Positions 1 to 8,746 of a stretch of DNA of 38,623 bases are shown one piece after another (the stretch's first letter is position 1; the number at the start of each line of letters is the position of its first letter). The DNA comes from an uncultured Atopostipes sp. (GTDB lineage Bacteria; Bacillota; Bacilli; Lactobacillales; Carnobacteriaceae_A). The position numbers and the translations under genes are program-made. The stretch is taken from the NCBI GenBank assembly GCA_947296835.1, contig CAMYQS010000001.1:1-38623 (forward strand). The letters are read 5' to 3'. Below the pieces are notes generated by a model. That model was not told the origin of the DNA. It saw only the letters and a list, made by a program, of their open reading frames with translations, and ran no database searches.

Positions 1-1090
1 GTACCGGACTAGGCTTAGCAATAGCGAAAGGTATCATTGAGCTAGTACTTGCTGTTTCCTGCGTTCGTGACGTTTCTGCCCGATAGAAACGTTCAAACAA
101 TTGCTCTAACGCCTCATCTGGAATACGTTCACCATTATTTTTAAATGTAATACGTACGCGTTCATCATCAACCGGCGTTAGTTCCATCGCGATAATGTCA
201 CCATCTTTACCATACTTAAAGGCATTAGATAGTAGATTACTGAACACACGTACGAGCTTTTCAGAATCGCCTTCCATGGTGTATTTTGAAACGGAAGACA
301 AAACTTCTAGTTTCATATCCATTTCATCAGCATCAATCTGGAAATCAATCGCTAGTTGTTCAAGCAACTGTACCATATCAAATCGAATGTGATTTAACGG
401 TGTATTGGTTTGTCGAACAGTCGTGTACTCAAATAGGTCATCTACTAACCACTTCATCTGACGCGATTTTTTATAAGCTGTATGAATATAGCCACGAGCT
501 TGTTCAATCGAATCATATCGACCTTCTTCTACTAAGCCTAAGTAACCGATAATCGAGGTTAACGGCGTTCGAATATCGTGACTCACATTGGTGATCAACT
601 CATCCTTTGTTTGTTCGATACGTCGTTCTTCTTCCATCGCTGCCACCGTTGAGTCCACCAACACATGGATACTATCCACAAAATCTTGTAAGTTGCTATC
701 TGAACTCGGTGGGATTCGATGTTCAAAGTGCCCTTGCGCAATATAATGCAACTCATCAATAATATGACGTAATTCATAGTTACGGTAACGACGTCTCAAG
801 CGCCAGATAATCGCAACCACTGCTGAAATAATCAAGAATATATAAACAAATGGGTTAACCTCTAAAAGAGATTGGTCTTTCATTTCAATAAAGAGATCAC
901 CAAAGACCCAAAAGTCTTGGAAAAATCTTGGAAATGCCTTAACCATTATTTGGAAAATCTGATAGGCCGAATAATACATTAATACGATAATACCCGCTGT
1001 TATAAAGCCTTCTCCAACTAAAATCCACTTCTCAGAACGTGAGAGACTGAAGTTCAGGCCAGGTTTTGTTTGTTTTCTAGTTTCCTTCAA
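1..1090 (-). CDS. croS: Sensor histidine kinase (CroS/CesK-like), runs off the window edge
   Basis: Absent from the ORF track because there is no stop in the window. Manual translation from TTG at 1090 gives two hydrophobic segments, then MEEERRIEQTKDELITNVSHDIRTPLTSIIGYL (H-box) and LEQLFERFYRAETSRTQET (F-box). It overlaps the end of the response regulator. The G2 box is present but inverted (1-48). Confidence 0.85.
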   Translation of the reverse strand, partial: MKETRKQTKPGLNFSLSRSEKWILVGEGFITAGIIVLMYYSAYQIFQIMVKAFPRFFQDFWVFGDLFIEMKDQSLLEVNPFVYIFLIISAVVAIIWRLRRRYRNYELRHIIDELHYIAQGHFEHRIPPSSDSNLQDFVDSIHVLVDSTVAAMEEERRIEQTKDELITNVSHDIRTPLTSIIGYLGLVEEGRYDSIEQARGYIHTAYKKSRQMKWLVDDLFEYTTVRQTNTPLNHIRFDMVQLLEQLAIDFQIDADEMDMKLEVLSSVSKYTMEGDSEKLVRVFSNLLSNAFKYGKDGDIIAMELTPVDDERVRITFKNNGERIPDEALEQLFERFYRAETSRTQETASTSSMIPFAIAKPSPV

Positions 1091-1766
1091 TTTTGTACCC
1101 TACTCCCCATACCGTCTGGATGACTTTTTCGCCACCCGTTGCTTTTTCAATCTTATCTCTTAAGTGGCTCACATGTACCATAACGGTTTTCGATGGAATA
1201 TCCGTCTCTTGTTTCCAAACGCGTTCAAAAATTTCATCGGCGCTGAATACGCGGTTTGGGTTGCTTGCGAGTAAATATAAAATCCCAAACTCAAGCACGG
1301 TTAATCGAATCGATTCGCCATCAACTGTCTCCACTTCGTGCTCATCTCGACGAATCATCAGTGGCCCGATTTCAATTTCATTTTCGTCGGTATTGGGCTG
1401 GTGATACGAACTTCTGCGCAGTAAAGATTTCACCCGTGCTACGACTTCCAATGGATTAAATGGCTTCACAACGTAATCATCCGCTCCCTTGGCTAACCCA
1501 CGAATCTTGTCGATATCCGACGTCTTCGCACTCAACATTAAAATCGGGACCTGAGAGTCTTCTCGAATCTTATTTACAACTTCCAGTCCATCCATTTTAG
1601 GCATCATCACATCTAAGATGACACAGTCCGGATCGGTTTCCTTAAATTTCTCATAGGCTTCTCGGCCGTCATAAGCTTTTATTACTTGAAAGCCTTCATT
1701 ATTAATATAAATCTCAAGCAAATCACAAATTTCACGATCATCATCTGCTATTAGAATTCGCATCAT
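1077..1766 (-). CDS. croR: OmpR-family response regulator (CroR/CesR-like)
   Basis: MRILIADDD...ILDVMMP...KPF receiver domain. The C-terminus LEFGILYLLASNPNRVFSADEIFERVW...MVHVSHLRDKIEKATGGEKVIQTVWGVGYK is typical of CroR. Start moved to the ATG at 1766 behind AGAGGAAG. Confidence 0.88.
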   Translation of the reverse strand: MMRILIADDDREICDLLEIYINNEGFQVIKAYDGREAYEKFKETDPDCVILDVMMPKMDGLEVVNKIREDSQVPILMLSAKTSDIDKIRGLAKGADDYVVKPFNPLEVVARVKSLLRRSSYHQPNTDENEIEIGPLMIRRDEHEVETVDGESIRLTVLEFGILYLLASNPNRVFSADEIFERVWKQETDIPSKTVMVHVSHLRDKIEKATGGEKVIQTVWGVGYKIEGN

Positions 1767-1901
1767 GCTCTTCCTCTCTGTCATACTTCTCTGTTTTATT
1801 TTACCATGTTTTGACAAAATTGCTGGATGATAACATTACTTTCCATTATTCACTCTTTTGCTTTAAAATAGAGTGGAGTCTAGAGAAGCTGGAGGTTTAC
1901 A

Positions 1902-2588
1902 ATGAAAAAGCAGAAAGTTTTACGTTATTTAAGTTTTGCCCTTATTTTCGCTGGGATTATTTTACTTCTTTTACCAACAATTAACCAGTGGCATATTGGG
2001 AATCGAACGGAGAAGAACCATGATGTTGCGCTTGAAATGTCAGCAGAGGTGATGAAAGAGAATATGAATACAGAAGCGGAGTTTGATTTTGATAGCATTG
2101 AGGAAATCACGACTACCGGAACTTGGCTGTCCCCTGAATTTATTGATCCGAGTTTAATTATCGGACGCCTATACATTCCAAGTATTGAAACCAACTTGAC
2201 GGTGTTCAATGGTTTATCCAACCAGATTCTACACGCTGGAGTTGGAACGATGCGCCCAGATTTAACGATGGGTGAAGGAAACTTTCCAATTGCGGGGCAT
2301 TATTCACGAAATAAAGACGTACTTTTTGGGAACCTTACCGCTGTTGAAATCGGGGACGAAATTTACTTAACGGATAACGAGACGGTTTATGAATACCGTG
2401 TATATGAAACGCGTAAAGTGTTACCTGCTGAAAGTGAATGGATTCGAGATGACGTCGCTGAAGAGCATGGAAAACCAATTATTTCCCTGATGAACTGTTA
2501 TTATGAAAATGGTGTGAACTCCGGTTACCGTTACTTTGTATTCGGAGAATTGGTCGATTCACACCCGATTGCCGATTCAGTCTTATAA
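1902..2588 (+). CDS. Sortase, class A-like
   Basis: N-terminal TM anchor, IGRLYIPSI, GNFPIAGH (catalytic His), SLMNC (Cys) and downstream Arg (YRYFVFGEL). GGAGG RBS. Confidence 0.88.
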   Translation: MKKQKVLRYLSFALIFAGIILLLLPTINQWHIGNRTEKNHDVALEMSAEVMKENMNTEAEFDFDSIEEITTTGTWLSPEFIDPSLIIGRLYIPSIETNLTVFNGLSNQILHAGVGTMRPDLTMGEGNFPIAGHYSRNKDVLFGNLTAVEIGDEIYLTDNETVYEYRVYETRKVLPAESEWIRDDVAEEHGKPIISLMNCYYENGVNSGYRYFVFGELVDSHPIADSVL

Positions 2589-2603
2589 AACCTTTATGAA
2601 ATG

Positions 2604-2654
2604 AAAACACCTCACTTAGAAGAGTTTGCAAGCCTTCTAAATGAGGTGTTTTTT
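2604..2654. terminator. Bidirectional intrinsic terminator between sortase and yidD
   Basis: AAAACACCTCAcTTAGAAG...CTTCTAAaTGAGGTGTTTT inverted repeat between convergent genes. Confidence 0.8.
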
Positions 2655-3402
2655 AGTTGTTTTTCATTTCATCCATTGTGTTTAATACAAGCCACAGATG
2701 GTAGCTTTTGTTCTTCAAGTCTTGATGTGTGACCCCACGTTGAACCATAAACTCGCGCCCTAACGTCGGAACGTTTGTATACCAAAGTCCTGTTTCTTCT
2801 AACACAATAAGTGGGAAATCTGTTCCCAGTTCCGTGTCTTCAAAAAATGGTTCCACTGTTTTTAACAATCGCTTATTTTTTTCTGTTGCTTCCATAGTAA
2901 AGTACCGATAATCCAATGATTCTAAATCGGGAAATATTTCAATGTCTTCTAAATATGATAACTCATCTTCTGTTAGTCGAGTTTTAATATCTGCGACACT
3001 TAGTTCTGTCACATCCGCTACTTGATTTAAACTATCGATTGAAGCAGGTAGCTTTTCAGCCACAATTAAGTCCTCTTCATACTGGCTAAGTAATTCCTTC
3101 ACTCGTTCTTGTGCTTCACGATTCGTCGGCATTAAAAACTCCGGAATATGATAATCATCGATGTTATCTGGATTCCTAAAAATCGTAAAATGATCAGGTA
3201 CTTCGTCGACACCACCTTCAACAAACGGGTTGCAACGAATAATTCGTGCTGTCCCCATAATGCCACCCTTCAGCGCACCATGTTTTTCAATCGCTTGTAT
3301 CGCATAAGTCGAACAAGTTGGATGAAAACGACAACTCGGTGGGGTGTGTGGTGATATATGTTTTTGGTAAAATCGGATGGGTCCGGTTAATATTTTTTTC
3401 AT
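2653..3402 (-). CDS. yidD: Membrane protein insertion efficiency factor YidD with long C-terminal extension
   Basis: [34 protein letters not shown]...[17 protein letters not shown]. Start at ATG 3402 with GAGG RBS gives 249 aa. Confidence 0.85.
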   Translation of the reverse strand: MKKILTGPIRFYQKHISPHTPPSCRFHPTCSTYAIQAIEKHGALKGGIMGTARIIRCNPFVEGGVDEVPDHFTIFRNPDNIDDYHIPEFLMPTNREAQERVKELLSQYEEDLIVAEKLPASIDSLNQVADVTELSVADIKTRLTEDELSYLEDIEIFPDLESLDYRYFTMEATEKNKRLLKTVEPFFEDTELGTDFPLIVLEETGLWYTNVPTLGREFMVQRGVTHQDLKNKSYHLWLVLNTMDEMKNN

Positions 3403-3461
3403 ATCATAAGCCTCAATTACTGTGTATTTAGTCCCCTTCATTGTAGCTTATTTTTAACCAC

Positions 3462-3497
3462 AAAAAAAGAGGCGAGCCTTTTTGGGGCCCGCCTCCT
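3462..3497 (-). terminator. Intrinsic terminator after DUF2922 gene
   Basis: GAGGCGAGCC/GGCCCGCCTC stem next to an A7 run (U-tract on the - strand). Confidence 0.7.
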
Positions 3498-3511
3498 CTG
3501 TTCATGTCAGC

Positions 3512-3748
3512 TTACGCGTCTTCCGTTTCAAAAACGTTATCTACTGTTCTTGTAACGTAGCGTGCACCTTTTACTTGGTTGTATAATTGAACACCCTCAT
3601 GTTCAAAAATACCCTGTGCTGCGATAGCTTCCATCGCCGCCTCTACTGTTGCTTGATCTAAATCCATTGCTGGTTGATTCACACTTAACGTACGCGACTT
3701 GCCCTCTTCTGTCGCAAATTGTAATTCTAGTTTAATTGTTGTATCCAT
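3512..3748 (-). CDS. DUF2922 family small protein
   Basis: KLELQFATEEGKSRTLSV..P...V.AAMEAI....IF...GARYVTR pattern, 78 aa, AAGGAG RBS. Confidence 0.8.
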   Translation of the reverse strand: MDTTIKLELQFATEEGKSRTLSVNQPAMDLDQATVEAAMEAIAAQGIFEHEGVQLYNQVKGARYVTRTVDNVFETEDA

Positions 3749-3805
3749 AATTCCTTCACTCCTTTATTTTATTGGTTGTGGGTGATGTTATTTTATTTAT
3801 TGATG

Positions 3806-4009
3806 TTAAATTGTGTAACGATATGATTCACTGACAATCGCATGTGCCGCTGGTAATTCGTGTAGTGAATTGATTGAGTTGATAAATGCGCCTAACTCTT
3901 CATCTGATACATCTCCGATTAGGTTGTTGAAACCTTGGCGAACTAACTTTTCATTCGCCTCATCTTCAAAAAACACGTCTACTTTACTCTTTTCCCATAA
4001 CTTTAACAT
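3806..4009 (-). CDS. DUF1659-like small protein
   Basis: About 67 aa from the ATG behind AGGGGG. The RQGFNNLIGDVSDEELGAF pattern and position upstream of DUF2922 match the usual pair. Confidence 0.65.
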   Translation of the reverse strand: MLKLWEKSKVDVFFEDEANEKLVRQGFNNLIGDVSDEELGAFINSINSLHELPAAHAIVSESYRYTI

Positions 4010-4140
4010 TTGTTTTCCCCCTTGATTCTTTTTTGCAAGTGTCATGACCGCTTACACAAACAATAACGAATCAACTTCAAAAAGTGTTACCCTATTACAA
4101 CAAAAAACACGAACCTCTGGAATGAGATCCGTGTCGAAAT

Positions 4141-4220
4141 TGTGTATTGAGTCCACGAATATAGAAAAGGTGGACTGAAATGTGTATTGAGTCCACGAAT
4201 TCATAAAAAATGGACTGAAA
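4141..4220. repeat. 2 x 40-bp tandem repeat with internal inverted repeat
   Basis: TGTGTATTGAGTCCACGAATATAGAAAAGGTGGACTGAAA / TGTGTATTGAGTCCACGAATTCATAAAAAATGGACTGAAA, with AGTCCA...TGGACT arms. Confidence 0.9.
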
Positions 4221-4275
4221 TATTACCACTGACTTCGTCTTCCAGTTTCGAAGTCGCTGGTTTAGCTAACCTTAT

Positions 4276-5562
4276 TTAGGCTTCTTTTTCTAAGCCGTTA
4301 AAGAATAAGTTGAGTAAAACAACAACGATTGTTCCAGCAACAATACCACTACTTACAATCCAAGATAACCAAGTTGGTAAACCCGCAAAAGCTTCCGGTA
4401 CGACTGTAACACCAACACCGATTACGACTGCTGCCCCAATAATCAATTGGTTATTACCTGTTAAATCCAGTTTACCAAGAACGCTAATTCCATAAGCCAA
4501 GACGTTACCAAATAGGAAAATCATTGCTCCACCTAATACTGGTCCCGGTACCGCAGTAGCTAAGGCTCCAATTTTAGGAATAAAACCAGCGATAGCCATT
4601 AATACAATCAGGTTTAAAATTACTTCTCGTTTTTTTACTCCTGAAATAGCAATCAAGCCTAAGTTTTGTGAGAATGCCGTTTGTGGGTTTGTATTAAAAA
4701 TACCACTCAGCATATAAGCAATGGCTGCTCCAAAATAGCCTCGACGTAAATCCGATTCATCCAGTTTAATATCCATCATACTACCTAAAGCTAAGTAATT
4801 TCCTGTCGCTTCTATAATTGTCACTATTCCAACAATGACTAAACTGATGATGCTTCCCATTTCAAACTCTAAGCCCGTGATCGCAAATGGTACAGGTAAT
4901 TGTGCCCACGATGCACCGGTCACAGAGGTGAAATCTAGCATTCCAAATAGACCAGCTACAACTAAGCCACCTAGCATACCAATTAATATGGATATTGACT
5001 GAATGAAACCTTGAGTATAGCGATATAATAATAGAATAATTCCAAATGTTACTACACCGATAATTAAATTATTTAAGTCCCCATAATCAGAGCTACCTTG
5101 GCCACCAGCAATATAGTTAATCGCAACTGGGATTAAGGTTAATCCAATTAGCGTCACAACTGTCCCCGTAACTAACGATGGGAATAAACGATTCAACTTA
5201 GCAAAGATGGGCGCCAATAATAACAGCACAACTCCTGCCGCAAATACTGATCCATAAGCAACAGCCGGACTATGATCCGTACCTGCTTTAATGATAGGCC
5301 CCACCGCCGTAAAAGAACTCGCCATAACGACCGGCAAACCAATTCCAATATACTTTCCTTTGTAGACCTGTAAAAGCGTTGCAACCGCACAAATGGCGAT
5401 ATCAGCCGCTACAATATAAGCCGTTTGTTCTGCAGTATAGCCTAAAGCACCAGCAATAATAATCGGCACCACTACAGCTCCTGCATACATTGCTAGTAAA
5501 TGCTGAAAACTCAAAGCTATATTTTGACCTTTACGCATTTCTTTCAGGCTAATATCTTTCAC
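4276..5562 (-). CDS. pbuX: Xanthine/uric acid permease (NCS2)
   Basis: FQHLLAMYAGAVVVP and AFSQNLGLIAISGV NCS2 signature. Lies directly downstream of xpt. Confidence 0.9.
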   Translation of the reverse strand: MKDISLKEMRKGQNIALSFQHLLAMYAGAVVVPIIIAGALGYTAEQTAYIVAADIAICAVATLLQVYKGKYIGIGLPVVMASSFTAVGPIIKAGTDHSPAVAYGSVFAAGVVLLLLAPIFAKLNRLFPSLVTGTVVTLIGLTLIPVAINYIAGGQGSSDYGDLNNLIIGVVTFGIILLLYRYTQGFIQSISILIGMLGGLVVAGLFGMLDFTSVTGASWAQLPVPFAITGLEFEMGSIISLVIVGIVTIIEATGNYLALGSMMDIKLDESDLRRGYFGAAIAYMLSGIFNTNPQTAFSQNLGLIAISGVKKREVILNLIVLMAIAGFIPKIGALATAVPGPVLGGAMIFLFGNVLAYGISVLGKLDLTGNNQLIIGAAVVIGVGVTVVPEAFAGLPTWLSWIVSSGIVAGTIVVVLLNLFFNGLEKEA

Positions 5563-5565
5563 GTA

Positions 5566-6147
5566 TTATTCCTCCTCAACAAACGAAATCTCGTTATTTG
5601 CTAAAGAAGCAATACGAGCAATCGAAAAGACATCGACACCTTTATCTTCTAATTTTTGACGACCTGGTTGAAATGATTTTTCAACACAAATCCCAATTCC
5701 TACTGTTTCTCCACCGGCTTGCTCAACTAAATCCATTAAGCCTAGTGCAGCCTCACCATTTGCTAAGAAGTCATCTATGATTAATACTTTATCATCGGGA
5801 GACAGATATTTAGTCGATACGAGTACGCGACTTGTTGTATTCTTCGTAAAACTGTGTACATCAGTTGAGTATTGGTCATCATTTTTCATCGTTGAAGGCT
5901 CTGCTTTTTTAGCAAACAACATCGGTACATCAAACTCAGAAGCCACTAATATAGCTGGCGCGATCCCTGATGCTTCGATTGTCATAATTTTTGTGATCTC
6001 TTTTTCTTTGAAATACTCGACAAACTCTTTGCTAATTTCCTTCAAAACGACGGGGTCTAATTGATGGTTTAAAAACGAATCCACCTTAACCACATTTTCG
6101 TTGACGACTACACTATCTGTTAACATTTTTTGTTTCAAATAACTCAT
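5566..6147 (-). CDS. xpt: Xanthine phosphoribosyltransferase
   Basis: KVDSFLNHQLDP, TIEASGIAPA, VLIIDDFLANG, EKSFQPGR. Confidence 0.97.
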   Translation of the reverse strand: MSYLKQKMLTDSVVVNENVVKVDSFLNHQLDPVVLKEISKEFVEYFKEKEITKIMTIEASGIAPAILVASEFDVPMLFAKKAEPSTMKNDDQYSTDVHSFTKNTTSRVLVSTKYLSPDDKVLIIDDFLANGEAALGLMDLVEQAGGETVGIGICVEKSFQPGRQKLEDKGVDVFSIARIASLANNEISFVEEE

Positions 6148-6258
6148 GAAATAAATACCTCCTTAAAGTATTCTTGCTATTATAGATATAGATTGGACAA
6201 AACGCAATTATTATACGGCAACTTAACAAATATTTTTATTTGTGTATCGTTTCGGCGA

Positions 6259-6283
6259 TTATTGTTCGCTTATTCCGAACATT
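6259..6283. promoter_or_regulatory. Pair of PurR boxes upstream of xpt-pbuX
   Basis: ATTGTTCGCT and TATTCCGAACATT, two oppositely oriented CGAACA cores matching the Firmicute PurBox AWWWCCGAACWWT. Confidence 0.65.
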
Positions 6284-6290
6284 ACTAGAT

Positions 6291-6331
6291 AAAAAGACAC
6301 CCTCTCTCAAAAGGCGAGATTGGGTGTCTTT
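6291..6331 (-). terminator. Terminator after adhesin gene
   Basis: AAAGACACCC.TCTC...GAGA.TGGGTGTCTTT inverted repeat. Confidence 0.75.
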
Positions 6332-6343
6332 AAATATTCTAAC

Positions 6344-7960
6344 TTAGTTTCTTGTCTTGCGTCTATCATATAGTACTAATAGTCCACCTAAAACAAGTAA
6401 CGCAAATCCTAATAGGATATTTGTCACTGATTCACCAGCTGCAGGTAAATCACCTGATTTATCTTCTGCTGGAGTTTCTGGATCTACTGGTCCTCTAGGT
6501 ATTATTGGAACGACTGGTTCAGTATACGTATTTTCAAATACTGCTGTGCCATCTACATATTGAGCCATTGCAGTAAGTTGACCTTCTCCATCATCTGTTA
6601 CAGTAACTACCACACTAAATTCAGATTCATCGTAAGTGATTGTTTCTTCTGTTCCTGTAACCTCACGAATGCTGTAGACATACTCTCCAGCTTCTTCATA
6701 TTGAATTTCATTAAAGTATATTTGTCCATTTGCATTATTCGTAACTGTCTGAATAACATTGCCGTCACTATCTGCAAGTTCAAATTTAAACTCATTATTT
6801 TCGAGATCTCGGCCATTCAGTATTTTTTCAGCCTCGAAAACAACACTATCCGGTGCTGTTTCATAGATATTTGTAAATATAGGCTCATTAGTCACATAAA
6901 CTGTTTCAGCAACTAAGTTACCTTCTAAATTATCTTCTACTGATACTTTAATCTCAAATACATTTGAATCATATGTGATGCCGCCTTGCGTTCCTTCTAC
7001 TTCTCGTACTGTATATGTGTGTTCGCCGACTACATCGTACGTCATTTCATCAAAGATCACTTGTCCATTTGCATTATTTTCTTTTGTTTGAAGAACCGTG
7101 CCATCAGCATCAACTAATTCAAACTCAAACTGGCCTGCACGTAGTTCCTGTCCTTCTAATAATTTGCTTGCTTCAAATACTACGCTATCCGGTGCTGGAA
7201 CGTACACGTTATTAAATTCTACAGGCCCATCAACGTAATCAACTTTAACTGTCAACGTACCCTCTCTATCATCCATAACAGATACAACAACATTAAATTC
7301 AGTTTCATCATAAGTGATTCCACCTTGTGTTCCTTCTACTTCACGGATTGTGTAGTGATATTCTCCAGCTGATTCGAATGTCATTTCATCAAAAATGATT
7401 TGTCCATCCGCATTATTTTCTTTTGTTTGAAGAACTACTCCATTATTATCAACCAATTCAAAGGTAAATTGTTCATCTTGTAACTCTAGTCCTCCAAGTA
7501 CCTTATTTGCTTCGATTGCAGTATTTTCTGGTGTTGGGTGATAAATATTCGTAAACTTAAGCTCTTCATTATCATACGTTTCTGTCGCTGTTAACTGTCC
7601 TTCACCATCATCCGTTACTACTACAGTCACTTCAAATTCTGAGATAGAATAAGTTATCCCACCTTGTATACCTGCAACTTCACGAATTGTGTACGTATGA
7701 ATTCCAACTGCTTCATAGGTAATCTCTTCAAAAATAATTTGTCCCTTATTGTTATTCTTAGCTGTTTGAATAACAGTTCCGCTATCGTCAACAAGTTCAA
7801 ATGAGAATTCTCTGTTTCCTAACACTTGTCCTTCGAGAATCTTTTCTGCTTTAAAAACGACACTATCTGGAGCAGCTTCATACGTGTTTGTAAATGAGAC
7901 TGGCCCGCCTATTAAATTCACAGTCGCTTCTAGTTCTCCTTCACCATTATCAGTTACTAC
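6344..7960 (-). pseudogene. 5'-truncated sortase-anchored adhesin with four FctA/Spy0128-type isopeptide domains
   Basis: Four ~113-aa repeats (K.L.G..L....F.FEL...YT.REV.G...I.YD...F.N.Y). C-terminal LPAAG, hydrophobic stretch and RRKTRN tail. The frame starts mid-repeat with no signal peptide. Confidence 0.8.
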
Positions 7961-7965
7961 GTAAG

Positions 7966-8035
7966 CGCCCAATAGCAAAGTATCTATGATTCATTACTTA
8001 CCTTCGGTAAGATAATCATAGATTGGGGGGAACTT
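7966..8035 (+). promoter_or_regulatory. Structured leader overlapping the RBS of the Mga-like paralog
   Basis: ATCTATGATT/AATCATAGAT (7982-7991/8014-8023) and CTTACC/GGTAAG stems. CCCAA can pair with TTGGG of the SD region. Confidence 0.55.
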
Positions 8036-8653
8036 ATGATTATTGACTTTAATGTACCAACTAAATATTATATTAAGTTGGAAAACAGAGAAGCCTTAAT
8101 GGTTGGATTGTTTAATACAAGTCACCTTGAGTATCAGGACCCACAGTCCAACTATATTTTATATAATCGAAATCAACTCTTTGCAGAGGATATTTCACGG
8201 GAATTCCCACAGTTGTATATCGATTTATACGAAGGAATGAAAGAGTTTAGAAAAGTTCTAGGGAAAGATACATCTGAAGAAGGGATTGCATTTTTTATCT
8301 ATAACGTATTCGCAACTTGGAAAAATCTTGTGCCACAATTACGTCAGAAGATTGAAAAGATTCGAAGCATCGTTATCAGCGATCGACACCGAGCCCATGC
8401 TGAAATGATCAAAGACTTCATTCAGTATGAATTTAGTGAGCAAGTGACGGTTGATTTCTTTATCAACCTTGAATTGAATCCTGAGGTTTTAGAGAGATTG
8501 GATTATGATTTAATTGTAACGACTTTTACGATTGATGACTTAAAAAATAGACGAAACGTTTATATCCCGAACGTTCCCAAATATACCGATTATCAAAATA
8601 TTCAACACCATATCGATGAAATTATTGCAGAACGAACAAACAAAAAATCATAG
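8036..8653 (+). CDS. Internally deleted Mga/AtxA-like regulator (C-terminal PRD/EIIB-like part only)
   Basis: From about residue 12 it aligns with the C-terminal ~190 aa of 9072..10562 (LEYQDPQSNYILYNRN vs LEYSQPQSRHILYNQN; ISDRHRAHAEMIKDFI vs ISDRHQKHAQMMKEFI). HTH domains are absent. RBS and ATG are retained. Confidence 0.75.
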   Translation: MIIDFNVPTKYYIKLENREALMVGLFNTSHLEYQDPQSNYILYNRNQLFAEDISREFPQLYIDLYEGMKEFRKVLGKDTSEEGIAFFIYNVFATWKNLVPQLRQKIEKIRSIVISDRHRAHAEMIKDFIQYEFSEQVTVDFFINLELNPEVLERLDYDLIVTTFTIDDLKNRRNVYIPNVPKYTDYQNIQHHIDEIIAERTNKKS

Positions 8654-8697
8654 AAGAGAGTTTACTGAAAAACTCTCTCCTATGATTTCTTTTTTTA
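8644..8697 (+). terminator. Intrinsic terminator
   Basis: AAATCATAGaAGAGAGTTT...AAACTCTCTcCTATGATTT followed by a T-tract. Confidence 0.8.
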
Positions 8698-8716
8698 TAT
8701 TCGCTTATTTAAAGAG

Positions 8717-8746
8717 CCCCTAAAAAACAGTAATGTTTTTTAGGGG
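8717..8746. terminator. Second hairpin, terminator-like
   Basis: Perfect 13-bp inverted repeat CCCCTAAAAAACA-GTAA-TGTTTTTTAGGGG. Confidence 0.55.

Noticed and set aside
195..777. Short ORFs 195..392, 286..552 and 595..777
   Set aside because: They overlap the histidine kinase frame, which the track missed because it has no stop in the window.
7966..8035. c-di-AMP (ydaO) riboswitch suggested by GGGGGAAC
   Set aside because: The other conserved elements (GCTGAATCC, GTCAGCTAAC) are absent. The G-run is the Shine-Dalgarno region.
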